From contig OZ374558.1 in NCBI GenBank assembly GCA_977862235.1, positions 1,798,001-1,862,000 on the forward strand: a stretch of 64,000 nt of DNA, read 5' to 3'. This DNA comes from Dudresnaya verticillata. Lineage: Eukaryota. A model generated the notes under the pieces. It worked only from the letters and a program-made list of their open reading frames with translations, was not told where the DNA came from and made no database searches. The translations under genes and the position numbers were made by a program. Of the stretch, positions 15,001 through 27,865 are shown one piece after another (position 1 is the stretch's first letter; every line of letters begins with the position of its first letter).

Positions 15001-18000
15001 CTAAGACACGGCCAAAAGTAAATCAGAAATTCGTCTTGTACCCTGTTCTAGCACATCATGTAAGTTTGGGGACGGTGCAGTGCCGCAAGCTGGAAACATG
15101 ACGAGCGGCGCATTGCGTGAGCGAAAATGTGAGCATTGTCGGGACGTGCGAGATGAGACGAGCCTCGCATGACCGCGCCGCCAGTACCTTCGAAGGTACA
15201 CCGCACCTCAACGGGATGCTTTCCTGAGATATGCAAGCCTTGTCGTCCTTATCGCGTTGAAGGCCCACAGTGGCATTCACATGCAGTCCAGTTTTCAACC
15301 TGTCTAATAGGCACTGTCAGGTCGTTCACAGAGCAAGGAGCCACCATGAAGATGGAACAGTGTGTGAGAACGTCGCCCTGCATGATTCAAACCACCCATA
15401 GTTCGTGAAAGAGCACGAGCGTGGCAACGTATAGAAGGAGGGGCGTTGGGCCTTCGCCAAGGTGGTGATGAATCGAACGCTACGCTTTGACTCTACCGCA
15501 GAGCCCCAAGAATATTCTTCGGTATGTTTTTCTGGTGCACGTTGTATTCCAAACGTACCAAAACCCGAACACTGCCGTTCGCATTATCCTTGATAGGAAA
15601 TCCCGGCGACCTGGAGGTGAGCAGGTTGGTTGACACAGCTGAGGATCGAGCAGGTTGAAATGTGTTTCGCTCAAAGAAGACCGGTACAAGCAGCCTTCAA
15701 AGACCGGTTTTGTCCGGGAAGCGGCAGCGGTTCTGGACGGCGTGACCTTTGTTACATATTAAAGGCCGTCCCCTCTTCAACCTTGTACGGTCGGCGTGTA
15801 GTGGGTAATACAACCACATCTCTATGTCGACGTTGCTCACCGAACGCCTTCTTCATCATTCGAACACCATAGCCGTACAGAGCTTTGCACGAGCCGTCGA
15901 AACAGAATTGCACGGATCGCCTGTCGAAGAATCAAGAACGGCACCTACTTCGAATTCCATTCCTTCTGTCTATATCAACTGAACCTCACTAGTCGACATG
16001 AAAGTATCGGTAACATATGTTTTTCTGATTGCTCTCCATATCTTAATGACGCCGGACAACGGTCTAGTACAGTTAGAGTTAGACTTTCTGCATCGTTCCT
16101 TCCTCCTGAATTCTGTAACAGAGTGTTTGCCAATCGTGGAATGGGCCTGGTTGATCCTCCGAACCTGCTGGAGATCCCTACAAAACCTAAATAAAGCTCT
16201 ACTAATATCAACGCAATGTGGCTGAGCAAGCTGTTAAAGAGTCCACCCTTCCGCTGCCGAAACACCCCCGACCACTGATGGGCTTCCTACTGCCATGATG
16301 AACACAAAAGAATAAAGCTGTGCTACTTGAGTGAGTGCGTTGGGCCACAGCCCCGCGCTACTGGCGTCAACTGATCAGTCTATTCTCAAGATATCTACGA
16401 TTTCCGGCGGGGAATTCGGCTGCAGATGCCGAAACACATACACCCAAAGCTTTGGTTGAGTACATTCTAATATCACTACGCTTTGCACAATTTTGGTAGC
16501 GTCACCAAGGCGATGAAGCACACATCTCGGGTTCTCTATGTGAGGTTTCGTCACTTCTCCGGTGTCACAAAATGGAACCGGCAAAATATGTTTGCAATGT
16601 TGTGGAGTGAGCGTCTAGCTACCAAACTGCTGTGTATGCAAGAGCACTCTGTGTTGACTGGTACGCCTTAAACCTGCACGCGGTTCGTTCCCAAGGAATG
16701 CCAAACTCTGGTATCAGCACATTCGACAGCTCAAGAGCCAGGGCCCTTATGCGATGCGAGGGGTTCATACTGTTATACTCTCACGCTGCGCGTAGCTTAT
16801 GAGGCCTTCCGTGATCAGTCAAGACTCACATGGTCTCATCTTTTGTAGCACGTCAATGCATTGTTCATGTGGACAGTTTTCAAATGGACATTGTTCACAT
16901 GGAAATAGGGGCAGGGCTTCTACCATCCAAATACACCGCTAATATTGGAATCCCATTGTTCCATCTCTTTCAAGATTGCATAGTCCTATCCATCTCATCG
17001 ACCTCAGCGACCTGAAGAACGTAAATATTGTGTTGCATCGATTAGAGGTCCTCGGTTCAATATTATTTCAATTCGTGACCCGCTCTGTGCACACCCACAT
17101 ACCTCAGGATATAGCCAACTTTCAAACATAGATATTGGATATCACAATACCACTTACTAATACTTTCATGCCCCATTGCGCCGACCACGTGCCAGGGTGC
17201 CAATTGCCAAAGGTCAAACATACAATAGCTGCAGCTGGCGGACGATCTGAGTTAAACAAGGAACGTAACTGCATGACGAACTGGCGACGTTGCTGTCTCC
17301 TGCGCCCTACGCCCACTACGTTCTACGGTTGCGCGAGGATGGCCCCAGCCGGATGAATAGCGATACGCTTCGGGAGTTGCTCTACATCCAAATCTTCTAG
17401 GATCTAGACCACCTCTGAACCGACGCTGAGAGTCATATGCAGAAACGCGCTCCATGTTGCAGATCGCGCAGATCCCGCACTCGGCCAAGAGAGCGGAATC
17501 TTAAGTATGGCACAACGTGTGAACGCATGACGGCGACGGCGATGTTATATTGAGAATCGAACGGATCCCGTTTTCCGCTTGTGGCACAGTGCTCTCCGCA
17601 ATGTTGCAGCGAAGAATGTGCTGCCGGATATCTTTCGAAAACGGAGTAGTTTTGTGGACCTTTCCGGCAGCGTCACAATTTCCTAAGACACGGCCAAAAG
17701 TAAATCAGAAATTCGTCTTGTACCCTGTTCTAGCACATCATGTAAGTTTGGGGACGGTGCAGTGCCGCAAGCTGGAAACATGACGAGCGGCGCATTGCGT
17801 GAGCGAAAATGTGAGCATTGTCGGGACGTGCGAGATGAGACGAGCCTCGCATGACCGCGCCGCCAGTACCTTCGAAGGTACACCGCACCTCAACGGGATG
17901 CTTTCCTGAGATATGCAAGCCTTGTCGTCCTTATCGCGTTGAAGGCCCACAGTGGCATTCACATGCAGTCCAGTTTTCAACCTGTCTAATAGGCACTGTC

Positions 18001-21000
18001 AGGTCGTTCACAGAGCAAGGAGCCACCATGAAGATGGAACAGTGTGTGAGAACGTCGCCCTGCATGATTCAAACCACCCATAGTTCGTGAAAGAGCACGA
18101 GCGTGGCAACGTATAGAAGGAGGGGCGTTGGGCCTTCGCCAAGGTGGTGATGAATCGAACGCTACGCTTTGACTCTACCGCAGAGCCCCAAGAATATTCT
18201 TCGGTATGTTTTTCTGGTGCACGTTGTATTCCAAACGTACCAAAACCCGAACACTGCCGTTCGCATTATCCTTGATAGGAAATCCCGGCGACCTGGAGGT
18301 GAGCAGGTTGGTTGACACAGCTGAGGATCGAGCAGGTTGAAATGTGTTTCGCTCAAAGAAGACCGGTACAAGCAGCCTTCAAAGACCGGTTTTGTCCGGG
18401 AAGCGGCAGCGGTTCTGGACGGCGTGACCTTTGTTACATATTAAAGGCCGTCCCCTCTTCAACCTTGTACGGTCGGCGTGTAGTGGGTAATACAACCACA
18501 TCTCTATGTCGACGTTGCTCACCGAACGCCTTCTTCATCATTCGAACACCATAGCCGTACAGAGCTTTGCACGAGCCGTCGAAACAGAATTGCACGGATC
18601 GCCTGTCGAAGAATCAAGAACGGCACCTACTTCGAATTCCATTCCTTCTGTCTATATCAACTGAACCTCACTAGTCGACATGAAAGTATCGGTAACATAT
18701 GTTTTTCTGATTGCTCTCCATATCTTAATGACGCCGGACAACGGTCTAGTACAGTTAGAGTTAGACTTTCTGCATCGTTCCTTCCTCCTGAATTCTGTAA
18801 CAGAGTGTTTGCCAATCGTGGAATGGGCCTGGTTGATCCTCCGAACCTGCTGGAGATCCCTACAAAACCTAAATAAAGCTCTACTAATATCAACGCAATG
18901 TGGCTGAGCAAGCTGTTAAAGAGTCCACCCTTCCGCTGCCGAAACACCCCCGACCACTGATGGGCTTCCTACTGCCATGATGAACACAAAAGAATAAAGC
19001 TGTGCTACTTGAGTGAGTGCGTTGGGCCACAGCCCCGCGCTACTGGCGTCAACTGATCAGTCTATTCTCAAGATATCTACGATTTCCGGCGGGGAATTCG
19101 GCTGCAGATGCCGAAACACATACACCCAAAGCTTTGGTTGAGTACATTCTAATATCACTACGCTTTGCACAATTTTGGTAGCGTCACCAAGGCGATGAAG
19201 CACACATCTCGGGTTCTCGATGTGAGGTTTCGTCACTTCTCCGGTGTCACAAAATGGAACCGGCAAAATATGTTTGCAATGTTGTGGAGTGAGCGTCTAG
19301 CTACCAAACTGCTGTGTATGCAAGAGCACTCTGTGTTGACTGGTACGCCTTAAACCTGCACGCGGTTCGTTCCCAAGGAATGCCAAACTCTGGTATCAGC
19401 ACATTCGACAGCTCAAGAGCCAGGGCCCTTATGCGATGCGAGGGGTTCATACTGTTATACTCTCACGCTGCGCGTAGCTTATGAGGCCTTCCGTGATCAG
19501 TCAAGACTCACATGGTCTCATCTTTTGTAGCACGTCAATGCATTGTTCATGTGGACAGTTTTCAAATGGACATTGTTCACATGGAAATAGGGGCAGGGCT
19601 TCTACCATCCAAATACACCGCTAATATTGGAATCCCATTGTTCCATCTCTTTCAAGATTGCATAGTCCTATCCATCTCATCGACCTCAGCGACCTGAAGA
19701 ACGTAAATATTGTGTTGCATCGATTAGAGGTCCTCGTTTCAATATTATTTCAATTCGTGACCCGCTCTGTGCACACCCACATACCTCAGGATATAGCCAA
19801 CTTTCAAACATAGATATTGGATATCACAATACCACTTACTAATACTTTCATGCCCCATTGCGCCGACCACGTGCCAGGGTGCCAATTGCCAAAGGTCAAA
19901 CATACAATAGCTGCAGCTGGCGGACGATCTGAGTTAAACAAGGAACGTAACTGCATGACGAACTGGCGACGTTGCTGTCTCCTGCGCCCTACGCCCACTA
20001 CGTTCTACGGTTGCGCGAGGATGGCCCCAGCCGGATGAATAGCGATACGCTTCGGGAGTTGCTCTACATCCAAATCTTCTAGGATCTAGACCACCTCTGA
20101 ACCGACGCTGAGAGTCATATGCAGAAACGCGCTCCATGTTGCAGATCGCGCAGATCCCGCACTCGGCCAAGAGAGCGGAATCTTAAGTATGGCACAACGT
20201 GTGAACGCATGACGGCGACGGCGATGTTATATTGAGAATCGAACGGATCCCGTTTTCCGCTTGTGGCACAGTGCTCTCCGCAATGTTGCAGCGAAGAATG
20301 TGCTGCCGGATATCTTTCGAAAACGGAGTAGTTTTGTGGACCTTTCCGGCAGCGTCACAATTTCCTAAGACACGGCCAAAAGTAAATCAGAAATTCGTCT
20401 TGTACCCTGTTCTAGCACATCATGTAAGTTTGGGGACGGTGCAGTGCCGCAAGCTGGAAACATGACGAGCGGCGCATTGCGTGAGCGAAAATGTGAGCAT
20501 TGTCGGGACGTGCGAGATGAGACGAGCCTCGCATGACCGCGCCGCCAGTACCTTCGAAGGTACACCGCACCTCAACGGGATGCTTTCCTGAGATATGCAA
20601 GCCTTGTCGTCCTTATCGCGTTGAAGGCCCACAGTGGCATTCACATGCAGTCCAGTTTTCAACCTGTCTAATAGGCACTGTCAGGTCGTTCACAGAGCAA
20701 GGAGCCACCATGAAGATGGAACAGTGTGTGAGAACGTCGCCCTGCATGATTCAAACCACCCATAGTTCGTGAAAGAGCACGAGCGTGGCAACGTATAGAA
20801 GGAGGGGCGTTGGGCCTTCGCCAAGGTGGTGATGAATCGAACGCTACGCTTTGACTCTACCGCAGAGCCCCAAGAATATTCTTCGGTATGTTTTTCTGGT
20901 GCACGTTGTATTCCAAACGTACCAAAACCCGAACACTGCCGTTCGCATTATCCTTGATAGGAAATCCCGGCGACCTGGAGGTGAGCAGGTTGGTTGACAC

Positions 21001-24000
21001 AGCTGAGGATCGAGCAGGTTGAAATGTGTTTCGCTCAAAGAAGACCGGTACAAGCAGCCTTCAAAGACCGGTTTTGTCCGGGAAGCGGCAGCGGTTCTGG
21101 ACGGCGTGACCTTTGTTACATATTAAAGGCCGTCCCCTCTTCAACCTTGTACGGTCGGCGTGTAGTGGGTAATACAACCACATCTCTATGTCGACGTTGC
21201 TCACCGAACGCCTTCTTCATCATTCGAACACCATAGCCGTACAGAGCTTTGCACGAGCCGTCGAAACAGAATTGCACGGATCGCCTGTCGAAGAATCAAG
21301 AACGGCACCTACTTCGAATTCCATTCCTTCTGTCTATATCAACTGAACCTCACTAGTCGACATGAAAGTATCGGTAACATATGTTTTTCTGATTGCTCTC
21401 CATATCTTAATGACGCCGGACAACGGTCTAGTACAGTTAGAGTTAGACTTTCTGCATCGTTCCTTCCTCCTGAATTCTGTAACAGAGTGTTTGCCAATCG
21501 TGGAATGGGCCTGGTTGATCCTCCGAACCTGCTGGAGATCCCTACAAAACCTAAATAAAGCTCTACTAATATCAACGCAATGTGGCTGAGCAAGCTGTTA
21601 AAGAGTCCACCCTTCCGCTGCCGAAACACCCCCGACCACTGATGGGCTTCCTACTGCCATGATGAACACAAAAGAATAAAGCTGTGCTACTTGAGTGAGT
21701 GCGTTGGGCCACAGCCCCGCGCTACTGGCGTCAACTGATCAGTCTATTCTCAAGATATCTACGATTTCCGGCGGGGAATTCGGCTGCAGATGCCGAAACA
21801 CATACACCCAAAGCTTTGGTTGAGTACATTCTAATATCACTACGCTTTGCACAATTTTGGTAGCGTCACCAAGGCGATGAAGCACACATCTCGGGTTCTC
21901 TATGTGAGGTTTCGTCACTTCTCCGGTGTCACAAAATGGAACCGGCAAAATATGTTTGCAATGTTGTGGAGTGAGCGTCTAGCTACCAAACTGCTGTGTA
22001 TGCAAGAGCACTCTGTGTTGACTGGTACGCCTTAAACCTGCACGCGGTTCGTTCCCAAGGAATGCCAAACTCTGGTATCAGCACATTCGACAGCTCAAGA
22101 GCCAGGGCCCTTATGCGATGCGAGGGGTTCATACTGTTATACTCTCACGCTGCGCGTAGCTTATGAGGCCTTCCGTGATCAGTCAAGACTCACATGGTCT
22201 CATCTTTTGTAGCACGTCAATGCATTGTTCATGTGGACAGTTTTCAAATGGACATTGTTCACATGGAAATAGGGGCAGGGCTTCTACCATCCAAATACAC
22301 CGCTAATATTGGAATCCCATTGTTCCATCTCTTTCAAGATTGCATAGTCCTATCCATCTCATCGACCTCAGCGACCTGAAGAACGTAAATATTGTGTTGC
22401 ATCGATTAGAGGTCCTCGTTTCAATATTATTTCAATTCGTGACCCGCTCTGTGCACACCCACATACCTCAGGATATAGCCAACTTTCAAACATAGATATT
22501 GGATATCACAATACCACTTACTAATACTTTCATGCCCCATTGCGCCGACCACGTGCCAGGGTGCCAATTGCCAAAGGTCAAACATACAATAGCTGCAGCT
22601 GGCGGACGATCTGAGTTAAACAAGGCACGTAACTGCATGACGAACTGGCGACGTTGCTGTCTCCTGAGCCCTACGCCCACTACGTTCTACGGTTGCGCGA
22701 GGATGGCCCCAGCCGGATGAATAGCGATACGCTTCGGGAGTTGCTCTACATCCAAATCTTCTAGGATCTAGACCACCTCTGAACCGACGCTGAGAGTCAT
22801 ATGCAGAAACGCGCTCCATGTTGCAGATCGCGCAGATCCCGCACTCGGCCAAGAGAGCGGAATCTTAAGTATGGCACAACGTGTGAACGCATGACGGCGA
22901 CGGCGATGTTATATTGAGAATCGAACGGATCCCGTTTTCCGCTTGTGGCACAGTGCTCTCCGCAATGTTGCAGCGAAGAATGTGCTGCCGGATATCTTTC
23001 GAAAACGGAGTAGTTTTGTGGACCTTTCCGGCAGCGTCACAATTTCCTAAGACACGGCCAAAAGTAAATCAGAAATTCGTCTTGTACCCTGTTTTAGCAC
23101 ATCATGTAAGTTTGGGGACGGTGCAGTGCCGCAAGCTGGAAACATGACGAGCGGCGCATTGCGTGAGCGAAAATGTGAGCATTGTCGGGACGTGCGAGAT
23201 GAGACGAGCCTCGCATGACCGCGCCGCCAGTACCTTCGAAGGTACACCGCACCTCAACGGGATGCTTTCCTGAGATATGCAAGCCTTGTCGTCCTTATCG
23301 CGTTGAAGGCCCACAGTGGCATTCACATGCAGTCCAGTTTTCAACCTGTCTAATAGGCACTGTCAGGTCGTTCACAGAGCAAGGAGCCACCATGAAGATG
23401 GAACAGTGTGTGAGAACGTCGCCCTGCATGATTCAAACCACCCATAGTTCGTGAAAGAGCACGAGCGTGGCAACGTATAGAAGGAGGGGCGTTGGGCCTT
23501 CGCCAAGGTGGTGATGAATCGAACGCTACGCTTTGACTCTACCGCAGAGCCCCAAGAATATTCTTCGGTATGTTTTTCTGGTGCACGTTGTATTCCAAAC
23601 GTACCAAAACCCGAACACTGCCGTTCGCATTATCCTTGATAGGAAATCCCGGCGACCTGGAGGTGAGCAGGTTGGTTGACACAGCTGAGTATCGAGCAGG
23701 TTGAAATGTGTTTCGCTCAAAGAAGACCGGTACAAGCAGCCTTCAAAGACCGGTTTTGTCCGGGAAGCGGCAGCGGTTCTGGACGGCGTGACCTTTGTTA
23801 CATATTAAAGGCCGTCCCCTCTTCAACCTTGTACGGTCGGCGTGTAGTGGGTCATACAACCACATCTCTATGTCGACGTTGCTCACCGAATGCCTTCTTC
23901 ATCATTCGAACACCATAGCCGTACAGAGCTTTGCACGAGCCGTCGAAACAGAATTGCACGGATCGCCTGTCGAAGAATCAAGAACGGCACCTACTTCGAA

Positions 24001-24544
24001 TTCCATTCCTTCTGTCTATATCAACTGAACCTCACTAGTCGACATGAAAGTATCGGTAACATATGTTTTTCTGATTGCTTTCCATATCTTAATGACGCCG
24101 GACAACGGTCTAGTACAGTTAGAGTTAGACTTTCTGCATCGTTCCTTCCTCCTGAATTCTGTAACAGAGTGTTTGCCAATCGTGGAATGGGCCTGGTCCT
24201 CCGAACCTGCTGGAGATCCCTACAAAACCTAAATAAAGCTCTACTAATATCAACGCAATGTGGCTGAGCAAGCTGTTAAAGAGTCCACCCTTCCGCTGCC
24301 GAAACACCCCCGACCACTGATGGGCTTCCTACTGCCATGATGAACACAAAAGAATAAAGCTGTGCTACTTGAGTGAGTGCGTTGGGCCACAGCCCCGCGC
24401 TACTGGCGTCAACTGATCAGTCTATTCTCAAGATATCTACGATTTCCGGCGGGGAATTCGGCTGTAGATGCCGAAACACATACACCCAAAGCTTTGGTTG
24501 AGTAAATTCTAATATCACTACGCTTTGCACAATTTTGGTAGCGT
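1..24544. repeat. Tandem array of a 2682-bp unit (U): 9 full copies plus partial ends, continuing past the left window edge
   Basis: Sequence and ORF track recur every 2682 bp (e.g. ORFs at 283, 2965, 5647 ... 21739). Taking the unit start at 'cactacgct', copies begin at 382, 3064, 5746, 8428, 11110, 13792, 16474, 19156, 21838 and 24516; the last full copy has a 4-bp deletion. The array ends abruptly at 'ggtagcgt|ggcagc' (24544). Confidence 0.99.
1894..3174 (-). pseudogene. Possible decayed coding frame inside unit U (one representative copy); product unknown
   Basis: Manual translation shows one minus-strand frame of ~427 codons with only 7 internal stops (...QPKLWVYVFRHLQPNSPPEIVDILRID*SVD...MEFEVGAVLDSSTG...EYNVHQKNIPKNILGALR*...). 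No family confidently recognised. Confidence 0.35.
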
Positions 24545-24679
24545 GGCAGCATAACTAAGAAGCAGATGCGGGAGGAGCTCAACAATTAACATTGTAGCAC
24601 TAATCGACTATAGATTAACTTGTCTCACCCCGTTTCGCTTCTCCCTGTTGTGAACACTCTTGTGGATATCTGCTTATGT

Positions 24680-25450
24680 TTGTTTTGTAAATCTCACTGT
24701 GTTTGGAGCGCTAGCTGCGCTCGATCTCGTGTAGATCGCTTTACTCTTCTGTTGCCACTGGGAGCGCGGCCACTACCTCTGCGATCGGTGTGAGGACGAA
24801 TCCCAGATGTTTGGTTGAGAACGAATGGTTTATGAATGGTCTATGACGCTTGCGTTGAGAGGGTTGGAGGTGGGCGGCATGCTCGCTCAAAAGTTCACGC
24901 TTCGTGTTAAAGCTTCGCTGGGTAAGGAGAGGGGGTTGGGGACGGCGATTGGGAAGGTTCGTAAATGCCACCTCACTGCGAGCTTCCGCTCGCGGTTATC
25001 GGCAAGTCGGAGGGTGGAAGGCACGGTATGCCTGGACAATACGGGTGCGCTTCGCGGGCCTGCCAGGGACGTTTACCATTCGGCTCAGATGGAGGCTGGA
25101 ATGTCGGCATAGCGTGAGGGGCAGCGGAGGTATTCCTGGAGTATCGATAAGGGGAGCATATGGACAGCGTTGCGTTGATTGTTTGCTGTGTGTGCCGGCA
25201 GGCAGGCGGCAGTGGGCTTGCGCGAGCGCGCGAGTTTCCGCAGTCCTGCGGATAGCTTGTGTTGGATGGATACCGCGGTTTGCCCTTTGCCTCGGGGACC
25301 GGAAGGCTGGATCGTGGACAAACGCCTTTTTTTACGGCTAGCTCAGGCCAGGGCATTGGATGACTTGGAGTTCTGCAGAGTATCAGAAACTGGCGCGAAA
25401 AGTTTGCCGTGGAAACTCGAGAACAAATTCGTCGGCCGCTTCCAGTCTTG
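24680..25450 (-). mobile_element. Degenerate 3' relic of a LINE-like (non-LTR) element, homologous to the insert at 53628-54325
   Basis: Minus strand reads AEW*TSLAGPRSAPVLSRHTVPSTLRLADNRERKLAVRWHLRTFPI, which aligns with SQWRSAFPGPRKAPVPTTSRFAPALLLPDHRDRLLAIRWHLCTFPI of the insert. It has a similar A-rich end (ACAAAACAAACA). Boundaries are approximate. Confidence 0.55.
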
Positions 25451-25685
25451 ACGAAACGCCCGCATGCCGGGAAAGTCTCTTAACACGTTTATGGACCTTT
25501 CCGCCCATCTGCGTTGCTTTTCCGCACCCCTGCTACATCAACCTGCTACATTCGCCCACCGTTTTCTCTCTCACAGACCTCCTCTCCCTTTCCACGCAGC
25601 CTCCGCTCGAGTCGCACGTCAGTTGGCGTATCAACCCATCGGTCCCAAACTGTTCCCAGCCTGCAACCAAACCACCGCCGACAAG

Positions 25686-26573
25686 ATGAACTCCCTTGAA
25701 AAGGCCGGCCCTGGTCACCCGCAAACAACTGCGATCACCGGGCCTGGACCAAAGCCTCAGCAACGCCGTTCCGCCAAGCCCAAGAAGGAGACCTCGTATC
25801 TCGACAAAAGGGCATCGAGCAAGGTCTGTTCAGGCCAAACGGAGCTCACAGCACGGGTGCCCGCTGCGCTTGAGCATTCTGATGCATCACGTGCTCAGAA
25901 GGATAGTGTGGCCAGTAATGAGGGCGGCAAACTTCAGCAAAAGCGTCGCTCTTGTAGAGAGGCATACAAACTTGTGGGCTTCCGTCTACCCGAGAAACGA
26001 CTTCCGATGCCTGATCCGCTCCCTCTCAAGCCCTTTGTGCGTTTCGCAAAGCCCAGCAGCAAAATTCTGTGGTCCGTGATTCGAGACGACGAGTGCAAGT
26101 TGGAGGAGTTGTTCAAGCGACTTTCCAACCGTCCAGTCTACAACCCCGAAGCGCAAAGGCAGGTTCTCGACATCAGTAAGAAATGCTTCGACGCTGTGTC
26201 CCAACGCCGTGAAGTTATCAAAGGGGAGCTTAAGGCGTACCAAGAGAAGCTCGGGGTTGTCTGCGATCGGGAGACGAACGCAAACACAAGCGGTAACAAG
26301 AAGAGCTCGAATTCGTGGCAGGTAGTCGAGGAGCGATCATCTGCCACGAAAACCAAGAGGATCGAAGAGGACATTGGGCATCTCCAGAGGATTCTCCGGG
26401 AACAGGACGGATTGTACCACTCCATTCGATACCAGCGTTGGGATGTAAAGCGCGAGATTGGAGTCGTTAAGAGAAGAATTTGGGATGCTTGCAAGAGGCA
26501 TTGGAAAGCTCAAAATGCCTGGTTTCTCAATGAAAGGATCTTCAGCGCTCAGAGAAGCATGGGGAAGAAGTGA
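25686..26573 (+). CDS. Hypothetical protein (~295 aa) with a basic low-complexity N-terminus and a coiled-coil-like C-terminus
   Basis: Long open frame (track 25464-26573) kept intact in the diverged copy at 49 kb. Likely start is the ATG at 25686 (MNSLEK); an upstream ATG at 25464 is possible. The C-terminal half is helical and K/E/R-rich. Confidence 0.6.
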   Translation: MNSLEKAGPGHPQTTAITGPGPKPQQRRSAKPKKETSYLDKRASSKVCSGQTELTARVPAALEHSDASRAQKDSVASNEGGKLQQKRRSCREAYKLVGFRLPEKRLPMPDPLPLKPFVRFAKPSSKILWSVIRDDECKLEELFKRLSNRPVYNPEAQRQVLDISKKCFDAVSQRREVIKGELKAYQEKLGVVCDRETNANTSGNKKSSNSWQVVEERSSATKTKRIEEDIGHLQRILREQDGLYHSIRYQRWDVKREIGVVKRRIWDACKRHWKAQNAWFLNERIFSAQRSMGKK

Positions 26574-26779
26574 TGGCTTCGTTGTTGACCTCGAAGATAC
26601 TAAGCGGTTTAACAGTGGTATCTGGATCAAGTCTCCAGTCGCCACCGGGATATTATCCGGCACTTGGTGAGAAAGTTTGGATACTGTTTGTTTGTAGTAC
26701 TACGCCATCAGGTTGCTCTTGTGATTCCTTTCGTCGAAGCAGACGCACTCAAAACCAGCATGATTAAACTAATACTAAG

Positions 26780-27295
26780 GTACCACTCCTGTCGGTATCC
26801 GCTCTAAATCTCGAGCGGCACGTTACCCATGCCCATATACTAACGAACTCGGCAGTCTTTCCCCTCCAGTAATACCCGCAACCGCTCCTACCCGCTCGGA
26901 GCACAACACTGCCGAACGCCGGCGTGACCTCCGTCATCTCCGCCGCTCATCATTTCTATCTACTGAGGCTAAGCGCGACCAACTATGCATGGAAGCCTAT
27001 TTTGACGATCCAGCCTTTGCAAATCGCGCCTGTCTCAAGGCTTTGAAGTCTCTATGGCCAGTCTCCGTTCTCTCCACCTTCGCTCAGCTCGCTCCTCCCT
27101 AGGGCGCTATTGCGTTACGGGAAAAGGCGAAACGCATACACTATCGCCGGTTATGTCCCCACAATGACATCGACTTTCATCCTATGGCCATGGATACCTA
27201 CGCCTTCATGTTCTCTGATATTCGACTGTCGTGCCCAACGGATCGCCAACTTCATGGTGGCCAAAAAGGGTACTTCTCTGATGAATAAAGTTAAC
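26780..27295 (+). mobile_element. Frameshifted relic of a CRE-like restriction-like endonuclease region
   Basis: Fragments RDQLCMEAYFDDPAFA, KRIHYRRLCPHNDIDFHPMAMDTYA and AQRIANFMVAKKGTS align with RDHLRMDLYIDDPAFA, KARHYRRLCSTNRIELHPMVMDIYG and AQRVANFLAAMKGTS of the 32339-34621 element. Confidence 0.85.
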
Positions 27296-27810
27296 TTTGG
27301 CCTCGTTCGTTCATCGATTTCAAGTCTTCCACGACGGAAACCGCAAACCGTAAGGCGTAAACCGTAAGGCGCAAACCGTAAACATAGACTGTTCACAAGA
27401 GAGCGAGGGCTTTCAGACCGTATCTTGGTTTTGAGACGACCTTTTGGAGAAGGTTGTCCACGCTGTAGCACCATCAATCTTCGTCGTGCTAGGGGCTGTC
27501 TGGGCGTCGTGTGCACAGACAAGAATGCTACGAGAGGCTATGCGCAAGGCCACTTTTCTGTTTGTAGCACAGCGGACAGCGGACATTGCGCAAAGAAGGA
27601 TAAAAGTACGTAATTTGCATACAGTGGCACATCAACGCTTTACGTATCTGGTACCGTCGCCGTACCGTGGTGGTCCCGTCATGGTCCCGTCATGGCCCCG
27701 TCATGGTACCGCCATGGTACCTTCGTCTTCGCGCCATGGTACCTTCGTCGTCCCGTCGTCGTCCCATCGTCGTCCCGTCGTCGTCCCGTCGTCGTCCCGT
27801 CGTCGTCCCG
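27296..27810. repeat. ~520-bp direct repeat 'A', copy 1 (AAACCGT run, then 11-bp CCCGTCATGGT/CCCGTCGTCGT minisatellite)
   Basis: Matches 28643-29260 and 50876-51445; the MEKVVHAVAPS... translation recurs in all three. Confidence 0.9.
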
Positions 27811-27865
27811 GTAAGTTTGCTACAGGACACAGCAGGTTCTACAGCGTCTTACAAGAATTCAAGGC

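Noticed and set aside
283..24307. Dozens of 60-96 aa ORFs in the array
   Set aside because: Short, overlapping on both strands, many with non-ATG starts and no motifs; they recur only because the DNA is repeated.
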